A stretch of DNA of 64,000 bases from a virus (lineage: Duplodnaviria > Caudoviricetes), in the IMG/VR virus record IMGVR_UViG_2931680285_000001, positions 31,011-95,010 of that record; one strand, given 5' to 3'. Position 1 is the first letter of the stretch. Every line of letters starts with the position of its first letter. Position numbers and translations under genes: made by a program. The notes under the pieces were generated by a model, which had not been told where the DNA came from, did not search any database, and worked only from the letters and a program-made list of their open reading frames with translations. This document shows positions 55,254 to 64,000 of this stretch, piece after piece.

Positions 55254-56864
55254 TCAGTCGGTGGCGGCCAGGTCGGCGTGCAGGGGCGCGAAGAGTTGCG
55301 CAATCTTCAGCTCCGGGGTGCCTGCGCGGCGGTACGCGTCGGCAATGCCCTGGTGCCCGTCCGTCTCCAGAAGGTCGGCGACTTGGTGCCGGTGCCGGGC
55401 AACGTAGTTGCGCAGCCTCGTCATCGTCACGGCGCCCTCGGACGCGAGGGAGGCAAGATGGTCGTCACGGGTGATCCCGAGGGTGCGCGCCTGGATCTCC
55501 GCCTCGGTGAGCAGGACGGTCATGACGCGGTCGACTTTGCTTGCCTGCGCGGGGCGGGGAACGCGGGTGGGCAGGTCCTGCGGTTCCTCGGCCTCGCTGA
55601 TCTCTTCGAGCGGTTCGAGTCCCGGCTCCGGCTGCTGCGGGTCCGGGGGCGGCGGCACCGAGTCGTCCGGCTCGGGTTCGGGCTCGTCGGACGTGGTGCT
55701 CGACGAGCCCTGCTCGGGCCCACCCAGGGTTTGCTCGATGTCGCCGGTCTCGGAGGTGGCTCCTGTGGCCTGCTGACCCGCTTCGGCCTGAGCCTGCTCG
55801 GCCTTCGTCTTCAGGTGCTCAAGGGACCGGTCTATGAGGTCATCGGCACTCATGGTTCCCCATCCCGTCTGCGTCGTGACCGCTCCGAGGGTGAGGCGGC
55901 CGTGCTGCTCGCGGAGCACGCGCAGCTCCGCCTCCGGGTTGTTCGGGTGCATGAGCGCGCGCCGGATCATCTCGGCTGCTTGCTCGCTGGTCAGGGATGG
56001 TGCTTGCTGCGGGGCGGGCGATCCGGGCAGGGGTTCGCCCAGGGTGGCGTCGGGACGCAGTTCGGAGACGGACCGGGAGTCGGCCGCGTCCTGAAGCCCG
56101 AGGCGGCGCAGCAGGGCGTCCACCGTGAAGTCCGGGAACCGCTGGGTCTCGCCCGGTCGGATGTCCATGTGGAGGCTGCGGACTCCGGTGAGCCACGCGT
56201 CGCCGATGGCGTGCAGGTCCACGATTGCGTCGACGGCGGCGGGGAGGTTGCGCTCCGCCTTGATCTTGCGGGTGGTGTTCCGGGTGGGCTTGTCGTTTTC
56301 GAAGGCGGTGACGATCTCGGTGCGGGCGAGCAGGAGGCAAGGGCCCTGGTGGCGGCGGATCTGCCACAGCACCTCGCCCCAGCGGTCCTTGGCCCGGTTC
56401 CACAGGTCGGAGTCGACGACGACGGGGTCGTCGAGAGTGGGGATGCGAGAGCGGTTGCGTTCGGCCTTGCGGATGGCCCTGTTGCGGGCGTACCTCGCGA
56501 CCTCGTCGCTGAGCATGTCCCACAGGGCGGTCATGGTGTCGATGACCAGGAGGTTGGGCTTGCCGTCGGTTCGGGGCTGGTGGTTGACCCACCGGATCGC
56601 GTCGAGGATGTCCTGGTAGGAGCCGTCGTGCTCGACGATCTCGTAGTCGGCTCCAGGGACGCGGCCGTAGTAGTCGGCCGTGCCTTCCGTGCCGCCGATC
56701 TCGATCCAGAAGGATCGGCCGACGAGGTCGGAGCCGGTGCCGCGTGCGGCCTCGAAGCTCTTCCCGGTCTTCTCCAGCCCGGTCAACAGGACGAGCGGCG
56801 GGTTGGGCATGCCGGTCGGCCGGCGGCTCCTGCGGGTGCGCTGCGGCGTGGTGATTCCAGCCAT
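55254..56864 (-). CDS. AAA ATPase, Sak4/RecA-like recombination protein with C-terminal extension
   Basis: Walker A LLTGLEKTGKS, Walker B LLVIDT; GAAAGG RBS. Confidence 0.7.
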   Translation of the reverse strand: MAGITTPQRTRRSRRPTGMPNPPLVLLTGLEKTGKSFEAARGTGSDLVGRSFWIEIGGTEGTADYYGRVPGADYEIVEHDGSYQDILDAIRWVNHQPRTDGKPNLLVIDTMTALWDMLSDEVARYARNRAIRKAERNRSRIPTLDDPVVVDSDLWNRAKDRWGEVLWQIRRHQGPCLLLARTEIVTAFENDKPTRNTTRKIKAERNLPAAVDAIVDLHAIGDAWLTGVRSLHMDIRPGETQRFPDFTVDALLRRLGLQDAADSRSVSELRPDATLGEPLPGSPAPQQAPSLTSEQAAEMIRRALMHPNNPEAELRVLREQHGRLTLGAVTTQTGWGTMSADDLIDRSLEHLKTKAEQAQAEAGQQATGATSETGDIEQTLGGPEQGSSSTTSDEPEPEPDDSVPPPPDPQQPEPGLEPLEEISEAEEPQDLPTRVPRPAQASKVDRVMTVLLTEAEIQARTLGITRDDHLASLASEGAVTMTRLRNYVARHRHQVADLLETDGHQGIADAYRRAGTPELKIAQLFAPLHADLAATD

Positions 56865-56955
56865 GGTGGTGCCTTTCGGGTCGGTATCCGGGCTGCTCTC
56901 CCGGATGTTGCGACGGGTACGCCCCTAAGATCGCGGCGTGACGTCTGCTGTACTA

Positions 56956-56985
56956 ATTTTACCTGGGGTGATCGCCCTTCTTCAA
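56956..56985 (-). promoter_or_regulatory. sigma70/HrdB-type promoter
   Basis: minus strand TTGAAG-N18-TAAAAT upstream of the AAA gene. Confidence 0.6.
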
Positions 56986-57118
56986 GGCGGGCGGAGGGTC
57001 AGATGCAGCTCCGCGAGGCACCGTCGCCCGCCCGTCGGCCCACCGTGGCCGCTCATGACTGCGGCGGGCGCCCCGAAGAGGGTGCGCCCGCCGCGTCGTA
57101 CGTCGTTCTCAGCGAAGG

Positions 57119-58072
57119 TCAGGAGGACGACTCCGTCGCCTTGGCCAGCTCGTCTATGTTGACGCCCCCGCCCTGCTCCTTCAACTTCTCCGCCCTGTAG
57201 CGGGCCTCGAAGCGGGGCCCGACGTTCTTCCGCCCGTTCTGCGGGGTGTGACCCAGGCGGCGTCCGAGCTGCGAGGGGTTGAGATCTCCGAACCGTCCGA
57301 AGCGGGACTCCTCGTTCTTGTCGCGGGCGTCCTTCCAGATCGCGTACAGCTGCTCCTCGGTGAGCGTGGCGTCGCTGTCGTCGTCCTGCTCGTCGTCCTC
57401 GTTAGGGCCGCTCTCGTCGTCCTCCTTGGAGGTGTCACGCTCCTCCTCGGTCTCGGGTACGACCGGCTCGGCGGTCTCGGCGGCGTCCTCGCTGACCGCG
57501 GGGGCGGGCGGGGCGGCGGTCGCCTCGTCCTGGGCGACGCAGGTGCCGTCAGGGTCCACCCAGTCCGATCCGGCTCCGTGAGCGCGGACGAACCCGGAGA
57601 TGTGCAGCCCGAAGCTACCGCCGAGGGGGACCATCGCGGCCACAGCGGATCCGATGCCGTAGACCCAGGCACGGTTCTCGTTGAGCACCTGGGGTGCCTG
57701 GCCACTGCCGAACCATGTGGCGAGTGCGGCCATGGCGTGGCCGACGTTGGCCGCGATCGAGATGGTGAGCAGGAATCCGAAGATCAGCCAGAGCGACCAG
57801 TAGTAGCCGGTCTCGTTGCCATCGGCATCGCGGCGCCGGATGGTCGTGACCGCGCCCGCGTTGAAGGCGAGGAGGGTTTCGAGGGAGACGGCCATCGCGC
57901 CGGCGGCGATCGTGGGGAAGCCTACGAGCGTTCCGGCCCAGTGGAGCTGGTAGAGGCTGGCGATCATCATGCCGAATCCGGCGCCTGCGGCGCCGAAACG
58001 CAACCGCTTGTGCCAGTCGCGTAGTTCGCGTTCTCCCTGGGTGACGGCACGCGCAGCAGGCAGCTTGGACAT
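57119..58072 (-). CDS. DUF2637/Spd-like membrane protein with C-terminal HTH
   Basis: four TM segments, SIAANVGH, AAMVP; acidic linker; SQLGRRLG. Confidence 0.6.
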   Translation of the reverse strand: MSKLPAARAVTQGERELRDWHKRLRFGAAGAGFGMMIASLYQLHWAGTLVGFPTIAAGAMAVSLETLLAFNAGAVTTIRRRDADGNETGYYWSLWLIFGFLLTISIAANVGHAMAALATWFGSGQAPQVLNENRAWVYGIGSAVAAMVPLGGSFGLHISGFVRAHGAGSDWVDPDGTCVAQDEATAAPPAPAVSEDAAETAEPVVPETEEERDTSKEDDESGPNEDDEQDDDSDATLTEEQLYAIWKDARDKNEESRFGRFGDLNPSQLGRRLGHTPQNGRKNVGPRFEARYRAEKLKEQGGGVNIDELAKATESSS

Positions 58073-58203
58073 GGGTGTTCCTTCGCTTCGGGTCGGCCCG
58101 AGATGCCTATGCTCATCGGCTCTCGGTTGCCCAAACCCTATAGCGTCACCCCCTGCTGCGCTTCAGGTATGCCTTGGGCATGTACCAGAGGCGTCGGGGT
58201 CGT

Positions 58204-59001
58204 TCACCAGTCGAGGGCCTGCCGGGGCTGGCGCCGGTCCTTGCCGACGACCTTCATCAGGTAGGCGCGGTCCTCGATGCGGGAGAGCAGCCGCTCGCCG
58301 AGGATGGCCTTGATCGCGTCGCGGCGGAGGTTGGTGGAGTACGCCGTGGGCTTGCCTGCGGCGATGCGGGAGCCGACCAGGTCGGTGGTCTCCCGGCGTA
58401 CGAAGTCGGTCTGGACTCCGTCCATCTCGCCGCACAGCTCGTCGAGGATGAGCAGGTCGGGCTCTTCGACGAACCGCTTGCGGACGTCGTACTTGCTCAT
58501 GCCGTTCGGCCCGCCGTCGGGGCGGCGCCAAGCCAGGTAGGTGGAGTGCTGCACCAGTCGGACGAACAGGCCCCGCTCACTGGCCTCGTTGCCGAGCGCG
58601 AGGATGCCGGTGGTCTTCCCCGAGCCGACGTTGCCCGCGACGACGAAGTTCATGGTGCTGGGCCGGGCATGGGTCTTCTTGGCCGCGACCAGGCTGTCGA
58701 GCCAGCCCTTCAACCGGTCCGGTCCCTGGTTCTCGTCGAGGTCTGCGAGGCGCCACTTCAGGTAGTCGTCGTGGTCGGCGGCGAGGACGCTGTTGCGCCA
58801 CGCCAGGGCTCGCGCGTGTGCCTGCGGGACGGCGACGTCCTCCCACAGTCCGCCGTCGTCGTGCCCGGAGGCGTTCACTCCGAGCTGGGAGAGGTCGGCG
58901 CCGCCGCGCTTGAGGGCGGCGAGCATGCGGTCGCTGACGATGTTGCCCAGGGGCATCGGCTCCCGTCCGCCGCGGTGCCGCTCGATGGTCATGGTGCTCA
59001 C
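58204..59001 (-). CDS. DnaC/IstB-like ATPase (helicase loader)
   Basis: GNVGSGKT, LLILDELC, STNL, GERLLSRI, G.DRR. Confidence 0.85.
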   Translation of the reverse strand: MSTMTIERHRGGREPMPLGNIVSDRMLAALKRGGADLSQLGVNASGHDDGGLWEDVAVPQAHARALAWRNSVLAADHDDYLKWRLADLDENQGPDRLKGWLDSLVAAKKTHARPSTMNFVVAGNVGSGKTTGILALGNEASERGLFVRLVQHSTYLAWRRPDGGPNGMSKYDVRKRFVEEPDLLILDELCGEMDGVQTDFVRRETTDLVGSRIAAGKPTAYSTNLRRDAIKAILGERLLSRIEDRAYLMKVVGKDRRQPRQALDW

Positions 59002-59016
59002 TGCGGGCTCCTCTCG

Positions 59017-60045
59017 TTAGGCGGGGACGACGCTGAAGACGGGTTCGTCGAGAGCGGGGGCGGGCGGCGGGTCGTCGCTGCCGATGGGGCCCCAGGTGGC
59101 CGTGTCGTTGTAGGGCGCGGGTCGCCCGCCGTACCGCACCGGCATCGGGGCGTTGTTGCGTTCGTCGCTCAGCGCCCGCTGGAAGTGAGGAGCGTTCGGC
59201 CAGTGCACCCCGGTGCGCTGGAACGCCTTGGCCACCTGCTGCTTCTCGTAACCGGCTTCGAGGGCCTGCTCGCTGAGCTTGAGCAGACCGAAGTACCAGC
59301 CGGACTTCTTGGGTCCTGCGTACGGGCCGAGGTGCTTGGTGGCGTGGTCGTAGTACCAGGCGGCGACTTCCTGCGCCGGGGTCTTCCTCTTCGGCTCGGG
59401 GGACTCGCCGTTCGCAGAGCCCTCGTCCGGCTTCTTCTTCGTGGCGCGCGGCGTGGCGGGCCTGCGCTTCCTCTGCCCGGCGGCGGCGCGGGCCGCCGGG
59501 GGCAGGGGCCGCTTCGCCTCCTTGGCCGGGACCTCTTCGGTGTCGACCTCCGGCTCGGGGGCAGGCGTCTGCTCGCCGTCAGCCGGGGCGTCGTCGGCGC
59601 CCGGCACTGTGCCGGCCGTGATCCCGTCCGGCCCGTAGGTGTCGTCGGGGTAGCGGACCTGCCACGAGCCGTCCTGCTGCTCGACGACGGGGATCGTCAG
59701 GTCCTCGCCGAAGATCTCGTAGTCGCGGGCCCACTGCTCCATGGGGTACTCGCTGATCGCCGCACCCATGACGGTCTTGCCGTCGCGGAAGCGGCGCCGT
59801 TCCAGGCGGTAGTAGCCGTACTTGGCGAGCTGGTGAAGCGACTTCCGGATGGCGTCGCGGCCTTCGCGCCCTTCGCCTCGGGAAAGCTGTTCGCTGCGCA
59901 CCTGCCAGCTCTCGTGCTGGTCCAGGCAGTACGTCAGGATGCCGAGGGAGCGGTAGCTGAGGTTGGTATCGCGGACGGTCTCGGACTCGACCTCGACGTG
60001 GTACTTCCGACGGGGGCTACGCCGGAGGGCGCTGCGGTCGATCAC
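59017..60045 (-). CDS. phage replication initiator (N-terminal wHTH)
   Basis: VRDTNLSYRSLGILTY...EGRDAIRKSLHQL..YGY; upstream of DnaC-like gene. Confidence 0.7.
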   Translation of the reverse strand: MIDRSALRRSPRRKYHVEVESETVRDTNLSYRSLGILTYCLDQHESWQVRSEQLSRGEGREGRDAIRKSLHQLAKYGYYRLERRRFRDGKTVMGAAISEYPMEQWARDYEIFGEDLTIPVVEQQDGSWQVRYPDDTYGPDGITAGTVPGADDAPADGEQTPAPEPEVDTEEVPAKEAKRPLPPAARAAAGQRKRRPATPRATKKKPDEGSANGESPEPKRKTPAQEVAAWYYDHATKHLGPYAGPKKSGWYFGLLKLSEQALEAGYEKQQVAKAFQRTGVHWPNAPHFQRALSDERNNAPMPVRYGGRPAPYNDTATWGPIGSDDPPPAPALDEPVFSVVPA

Positions 60046-60329
60046 GCTGCCGCCCCGTTCGTCTGGTCCAGGGTGCGGAAGTGGGTGTGCCAGGTCTTAC
60101 GGCCCTTGGAGCCCATCTCGTAGACACGGCGGGACTCGGCCATCTTGGCCTTTCGCAGGTCCGACAGTGGCTTGCGCGCCTGGTGGTTGGTCAGGGTGCA
60201 GGCGTCGGCGGCGTCCTGGACGGTGACCCACTCGCCACCGCCTTCGATCACGAGGAAGCAGTAGAGACGGAACGCGCGGTCGGATATGCCCCCGCCGAGG
60301 GCAGGGCTGATCTGGGCGTGGCTGGACAA
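60042..60329 (-). CDS. small wHTH protein
   Basis: TTG start after GAAGGA; ISDRAFRLYCFL...LSDLRKA; overlaps start of initiator gene. Confidence 0.6.
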   Translation of the reverse strand: MSSHAQISPALGGGISDRAFRLYCFLVIEGGGEWVTVQDAADACTLTNHQARKPLSDLRKAKMAESRRVYEMGSKGRKTWHTHFRTLDQTNGAAA

Positions 60330-60397
60330 GGAGAAGGTCCTTCGAAGCGGGGCCCGGCCACTGTGAGCGCGGCCGGGCTGCTGGGGCTGGCGGTCGG

Positions 60398-60964
60398 CTA
60401 CTGCTGCTCGGGCGCGGGGAGCATGGGCACCCCGTTGAGCAGGCTGCGGAGCTGACCGCTGGCGTACGCCGCCTCCAGGACCTCCTGGCCGCCGTCCTTC
60501 CACTTGGTGCTGATCGACCCGGTGGCCTTCCCACCCGGGATGTACCGGAGGCCGGGGATGGGCTCTCCGGTGAGCTTGTCGACCACGATGCCGGTCGTCT
60601 TGTCGTAGACCGCACGCTTGAGCATGGCGTCGCGGAAGGCGGGCCGGACCTGGATGATCACCTCGCATTCACCGCAGTCATCGGCGAAGGCCGCGAACTT
60701 CTCCTCGTCCGCCACCTCGTACTTGCCCCTGGAGACAGAGACAGTGTGCGTGGCGATCGGAACTCCGCCGATCCTCACGTCGATGGACTTGATGCCGCTG
60801 TCAGGGTCCGCGTAAGCGGCGAGGAGCGGGGCCTTGACGGCGTCCGCCTTCTCGTCGATCAGGGGCACGACGCGGGTCCTGAAGTGCTTGGCGAAGGCCG
60901 AGAGCAGGGCAGCGTCCCCAAGGGACAGGGGGGTCTCCGTCGTCTGGCCAGCGTCGTTCGACAT
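60398..60964 (-). CDS. hypothetical phage protein
   Basis: AAAGGA RBS; VDKLTGEPIPGL motif. Confidence 0.7.
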   Translation of the reverse strand: MSNDAGQTTETPLSLGDAALLSAFAKHFRTRVVPLIDEKADAVKAPLLAAYADPDSGIKSIDVRIGGVPIATHTVSVSRGKYEVADEEKFAAFADDCGECEVIIQVRPAFRDAMLKRAVYDKTTGIVVDKLTGEPIPGLRYIPGGKATGSISTKWKDGGQEVLEAAYASGQLRSLLNGVPMLPAPEQQ

Positions 60965-61578
60965 GGCAGTCCTTTCTCACCCCAGGTACGCCCAGGGCTT
61001 CTTCGGGTCGGTTCCCGGGCGGGGTGCTGGGGCGTCGCCCCTACGTACGTATGGGGCGGAAATCCGTTACACCTAGGCCCAGATAGCTGGGTCGCTCTCC
61101 CAGCTAGAAAAATAGTACAGCACCCGTCACCCGGTGTGTAGTGGGGACTCTTGTTTCGGAGTTCGAGCGGGGGCGCCGTCGGCGGCACAGAGGTGTCCTT
61201 CGCCTTCCGAGGCACCCCCGGCTCAGTCACCTGGGACGGCGACCTCTGGTGGCCATCAGCCGACGCGACCAGACGACCAGCGACTGAACCGCCCTCGTCG
61301 ACACTCCTGGCCCGCTTCGCCGGCTGTGCCCACGCGACGACGTAACCGGCCGGCGTCTCTTACCTTCCGCCCGGCTCGCCTGCCCATGGTGACGTCGCCA
61401 CAGGCAGACGAGCCCCGGCACTGCCCCATCCGGAACGAGGGCGGTGCCGGGTCGGCGGCGAGCGCGGCCCGGCCATGACGGCATGTCCTGCGTGCGAGGC
61501 AGGGCGCCGCGGTTGAAGTCCGCGGGCTCGCAGACCGCGCCCGCCGCCGGCATCACCCCCGCTGCCGGAAGGACCCCG

Positions 61579-62223
61579 ATGGCTGTGCCCGCCCCCCGCT
61601 ACACCACCTACATCCCCCTCGCCGACCTGGCCCCGAGCCCCGGCAACCCCAAGAAGCACGAGATCGAGCGAATCATCGAATCGATCCAGACCCACGGCTT
61701 CCTGGACCAGCCGATCGTCGACGAGCGCACCGGCCTGGCCATCGGCGGCCACGGCCGCCGGGAGTCCCTGCACGAGATGCAGCACCGGGGCATGCCGACA
61801 CCTGACGGCATCCTCGTCGACGACGATGGCGGTTGGCTCGTGCCTGTCCAACGCGGCTGGGCCTCTCGCAACGACACCGAGGCCAAGGCCGTGATCATCA
61901 AGCTCAACCGCATCACCCAGGACGGCGGCTGGGAGCCCCGCGCGCTCGCCGCGTTCTTCGAGGACATCGTCACCGCCGAGCCCGATCTCTACGACTCCCT
62001 CGCCATCCCCGACGAGGAACTGGAGACCCTGCTGCGCCAGGTCGACCCCGAGACCCTGCCCGGCGCCATCCACGACAGCGACACCCAGCCCCCCACTCTC
62101 CACCTACCCGACGACGGCTACGGCACGGAAGCCGAACTCAGCCCTGACGACGAGGGACGACCCCAGGTGACCACCTGCCCGGCCTGCGGCCACCACTTCA
62201 CGCCCGGTCGCAAGGACGCCTGA
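61579..62223 (+). CDS. ParB/Srx-like N-terminal domain protein with C-terminal Zn ribbon
   Basis: L.PSPGNPKKH..IIESIQTHGF.QPIVD...GHGR; CPACGHHF. Confidence 0.75.
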   Translation: MAVPAPRYTTYIPLADLAPSPGNPKKHEIERIIESIQTHGFLDQPIVDERTGLAIGGHGRRESLHEMQHRGMPTPDGILVDDDGGWLVPVQRGWASRNDTEAKAVIIKLNRITQDGGWEPRALAAFFEDIVTAEPDLYDSLAIPDEELETLLRQVDPETLPGAIHDSDTQPPTLHLPDDGYGTEAELSPDDEGRPQVTTCPACGHHFTPGRKDA

Positions 62224-62225
62224 GC

Positions 62226-62867
62226 ATGTCGAACCGCCGCAAGCCACGTCGTCCCGGGGCCGGCAGGCCCACCCTCCTGTCCCCCGAAGTCGAAAGCCGA
62301 ATCCTGGCCGCTTCCCGGTCCGGCATCGCGGTCGAGCTCGCCGCCGAGGCCGCTGGCATCAGCGCCGCCACGTACTGGAGGTGGATGGCCCGAGGCCGCG
62401 CCGAAGCCGCCGCCCGCGACGAAGGGCAGAAGCCCAACCGCGATGAAGACCCCTACGTCGAGCTGTTCGAGCGGGTACGCACGGCCCGCGCGATGGCCGC
62501 CGCTCGCGCCATGGCCAATATCAGAAGGGTCGCCGACGGCGGGATCGTCACCAAGACCACCACCCGCAAGTACCGCGACCCCGAGACCGGACAGATCGTC
62601 GAGGAGGTCACCGAAGACCGGACCGCCCCGGACTGGCGCGCGGACGCGTGGTACCTGGAGCGCCAGCACCGTCACCATTACGGCAAGGACGCAGCCCTAG
62701 CCGTCGAGATCACCGGCCTCGCCGACTCCGAGCCTTCGCCGGAGGAACACGTGGACCTCGGCGCCCTCGCCGAACGGCTGAACAAGACGCTCTTCGCCGT
62801 CGAGTACCCCGACCGGCCCGCGTTGGAGGACGGCACCGTCGTCGACGCCGAGGTGATCGACGGATGA
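62226..62867 (+). CDS. terminase small subunit-like HTH protein
   Basis: GRPTLL, AAEAAGISAATYWRW, DWRADAWYLER. Confidence 0.65.
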   Translation: MSNRRKPRRPGAGRPTLLSPEVESRILAASRSGIAVELAAEAAGISAATYWRWMARGRAEAAARDEGQKPNRDEDPYVELFERVRTARAMAAARAMANIRRVADGGIVTKTTTRKYRDPETGQIVEEVTEDRTAPDWRADAWYLERQHRHHYGKDAALAVEITGLADSEPSPEEHVDLGALAERLNKTLFAVEYPDRPALEDGTVVDAEVIDG

Positions 62868-62890
62868 TCCGCTGCTCCTCAAGCGGCAGG

Positions 62891-62922
62891 ACGCGACACT
62901 AGGCCCGCTCTGCCCTCACGGT
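62891..62922 (+). promoter_or_regulatory. bipartite promoter-like motif copy
   Basis: ACGCGACACTAG-N14-CACGGT. Confidence 0.7.
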
Positions 62923-62959
62923 GCTCCCTCCCTGACCCCAGCCTCTGGAGGGCACCACC

Positions 62960-64000
62960 ATGAAGATCGTCACCCGCGCCGAGTGGGGCGCCAAGCCCTG
63001 GGCCGGGACGCCCAACAGCGTCCCGCTCAGCGCCCGCACCGAGTTCTTCATCCACTACGACGGCGGCACCCCGGTCTCCCGTACCGGCTTCGCGATCATG
63101 CGCGCCATCGAGGCCGAGCACCGCGCTAACGGCTGGTCCGGCGTGGGCTATCACTTCGTCGTCGACCAGGCGGGCACGATCTACGAGGGCCGCGGATGGG
63201 GCCTTCAGGGCGCTCACTGCCCCGACCACAACGTGAGCGGGATCGGCGTCCAGATCGCGATCGGCGGCAGCCAGGAGCCCAGCGCGAAGGCCCTGGCTGC
63301 CGCCCGCGCCCTGTACGAGGAGGCGTGTCGGAAGACGGGCCGGACCCTGGCGAAGAAGGGCCATAAGGACGGCTTCGCCACGGCGTGCCCCGGACCGGCG
63401 CTGTACTCCTGGGTCCGCGCTGGGATGCCGGCCGGGGACTACAAGCCCGCCCCGTCGCCCGGTGGGGACACCGGCACGAGCACTGGCTCGATCGCCCGCT
63501 ACCAGACCACCATCAACGGACTCGTCTACGGCTACGGTGCCCGTGGAGCCCACATCACCCGGACCGGCGAAGCTCTCGTCAAGCGCGGTTTCGGCAAGCG
63601 GTACACGTCCGGCCCCGGCCCGACCTGGACCGACGTCGACACCCTCAACTACCGCGACTACCAGCTGTCCATCGGCCTCAAGGGCAAGGCGGCAGACGGC
63701 ATTCCGGGTCCGGATTCCCTCAGGAAGCTCCTCGGCTCCCTCCCGTCCGCTGCCAAGCCCATGCCGCCCTTCCCCGGCACCTCCTACTTCGGGCCCGGAA
63801 AGAACAACGCGCATATCACCATGCTCGGCAAGCAGCTCGTCGCCCGCGGCTTCGGCAAGCACTACGCCTCCGGGCCCGGCTCGAAGTGGTCAGAGGCCGA
63901 CCGCAAGAACCTTCGCGACTTCCAGCTCTCGCGCCCGGACCTGCGCGGCGACGCCGACGGCCTCCCTGGCCCGAAGACCTGGCGCGCGCTCTTCTCCTGA
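62960..64000 (+). CDS. Endolysin: N-acetylmuramoyl-L-alanine amidase (PGRP/Amidase_2) with two peptidoglycan-binding domains
   Basis: IVTRAEWGA, IHY, VGYHFVV, YEGRGW, GAH, GHKD..TACPG; ADGIPGP and ADGLPGPKTW. Confidence 0.92.
   Translation: MKIVTRAEWGAKPWAGTPNSVPLSARTEFFIHYDGGTPVSRTGFAIMRAIEAEHRANGWSGVGYHFVVDQAGTIYEGRGWGLQGAHCPDHNVSGIGVQIAIGGSQEPSAKALAAARALYEEACRKTGRTLAKKGHKDGFATACPGPALYSWVRAGMPAGDYKPAPSPGGDTGTSTGSIARYQTTINGLVYGYGARGAHITRTGEALVKRGFGKRYTSGPGPTWTDVDTLNYRDYQLSIGLKGKAADGIPGPDSLRKLLGSLPSAAKPMPPFPGTSYFGPGKNNAHITMLGKQLVARGFGKHYASGPGSKWSEADRKNLRDFQLSRPDLRGDADGLPGPKTWRALFS

Larger units (their letters stand above)
6731..64000 (+). mobile_element. Siphovirus-like prophage or phage-plasmid (boundaries not visible)
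   Basis: Ordered portal, protease, capsid, connector, tail, tape measure, fiber, holin, replication, TerS-like and endolysin genes; no integrase or att site seen. Confidence 0.85.

Noticed and set aside
55065-60123. 711-aa and 649-aa plus-strand ORFs
   Set aside because: Shadows of minus-strand replication genes that carry clear motifs
1-64000. tRNA or rRNA genes
   Set aside because: None recognised by eye; a covariance-model scan would be needed to exclude them

Overview
High-GC actinobacterial DNA, most likely Streptomyces. Bases 1-6.7 kb hold Streptomyces-type regulatory and accessory genes (XRE-DUF5753 partial, HATPase_c, LuxR, GntR, EEP). From about 6.7 kb to the end is a large siphovirus-like prophage or phage-plasmid. 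It encodes a portal-MuF fusion, a 5436-aa DarB-like methyltransferase/SNF2 helicase, a prohead protease-2H phosphoesterase fusion, major capsid, head-tail and tail modules (with a GGGAAAG -1 frameshift), holin, a leftward replication/recombination module, ParB-like and TerS-like genes and an amidase endolysin. No integrase or large terminase is visible. The standout is an antisense cassette inside the tail module: two spacer-less type I-E CRISPR-like repeats, a small acidic ORF and an orphan cas8e (cse1), with no other cas gene in the window. It is a candidate anti-CRISPR or Cascade-hijacking system. Also notable: a ~15-copy bipartite promoter motif (ACGCGACRYWAR-N14-CANNNT), a hidden out-of-frame gene nested in the giant gene, and a recurring (L/M)ExK(S/A) motif in head proteins. 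All family calls come from reading motifs by eye; no database searches were run.
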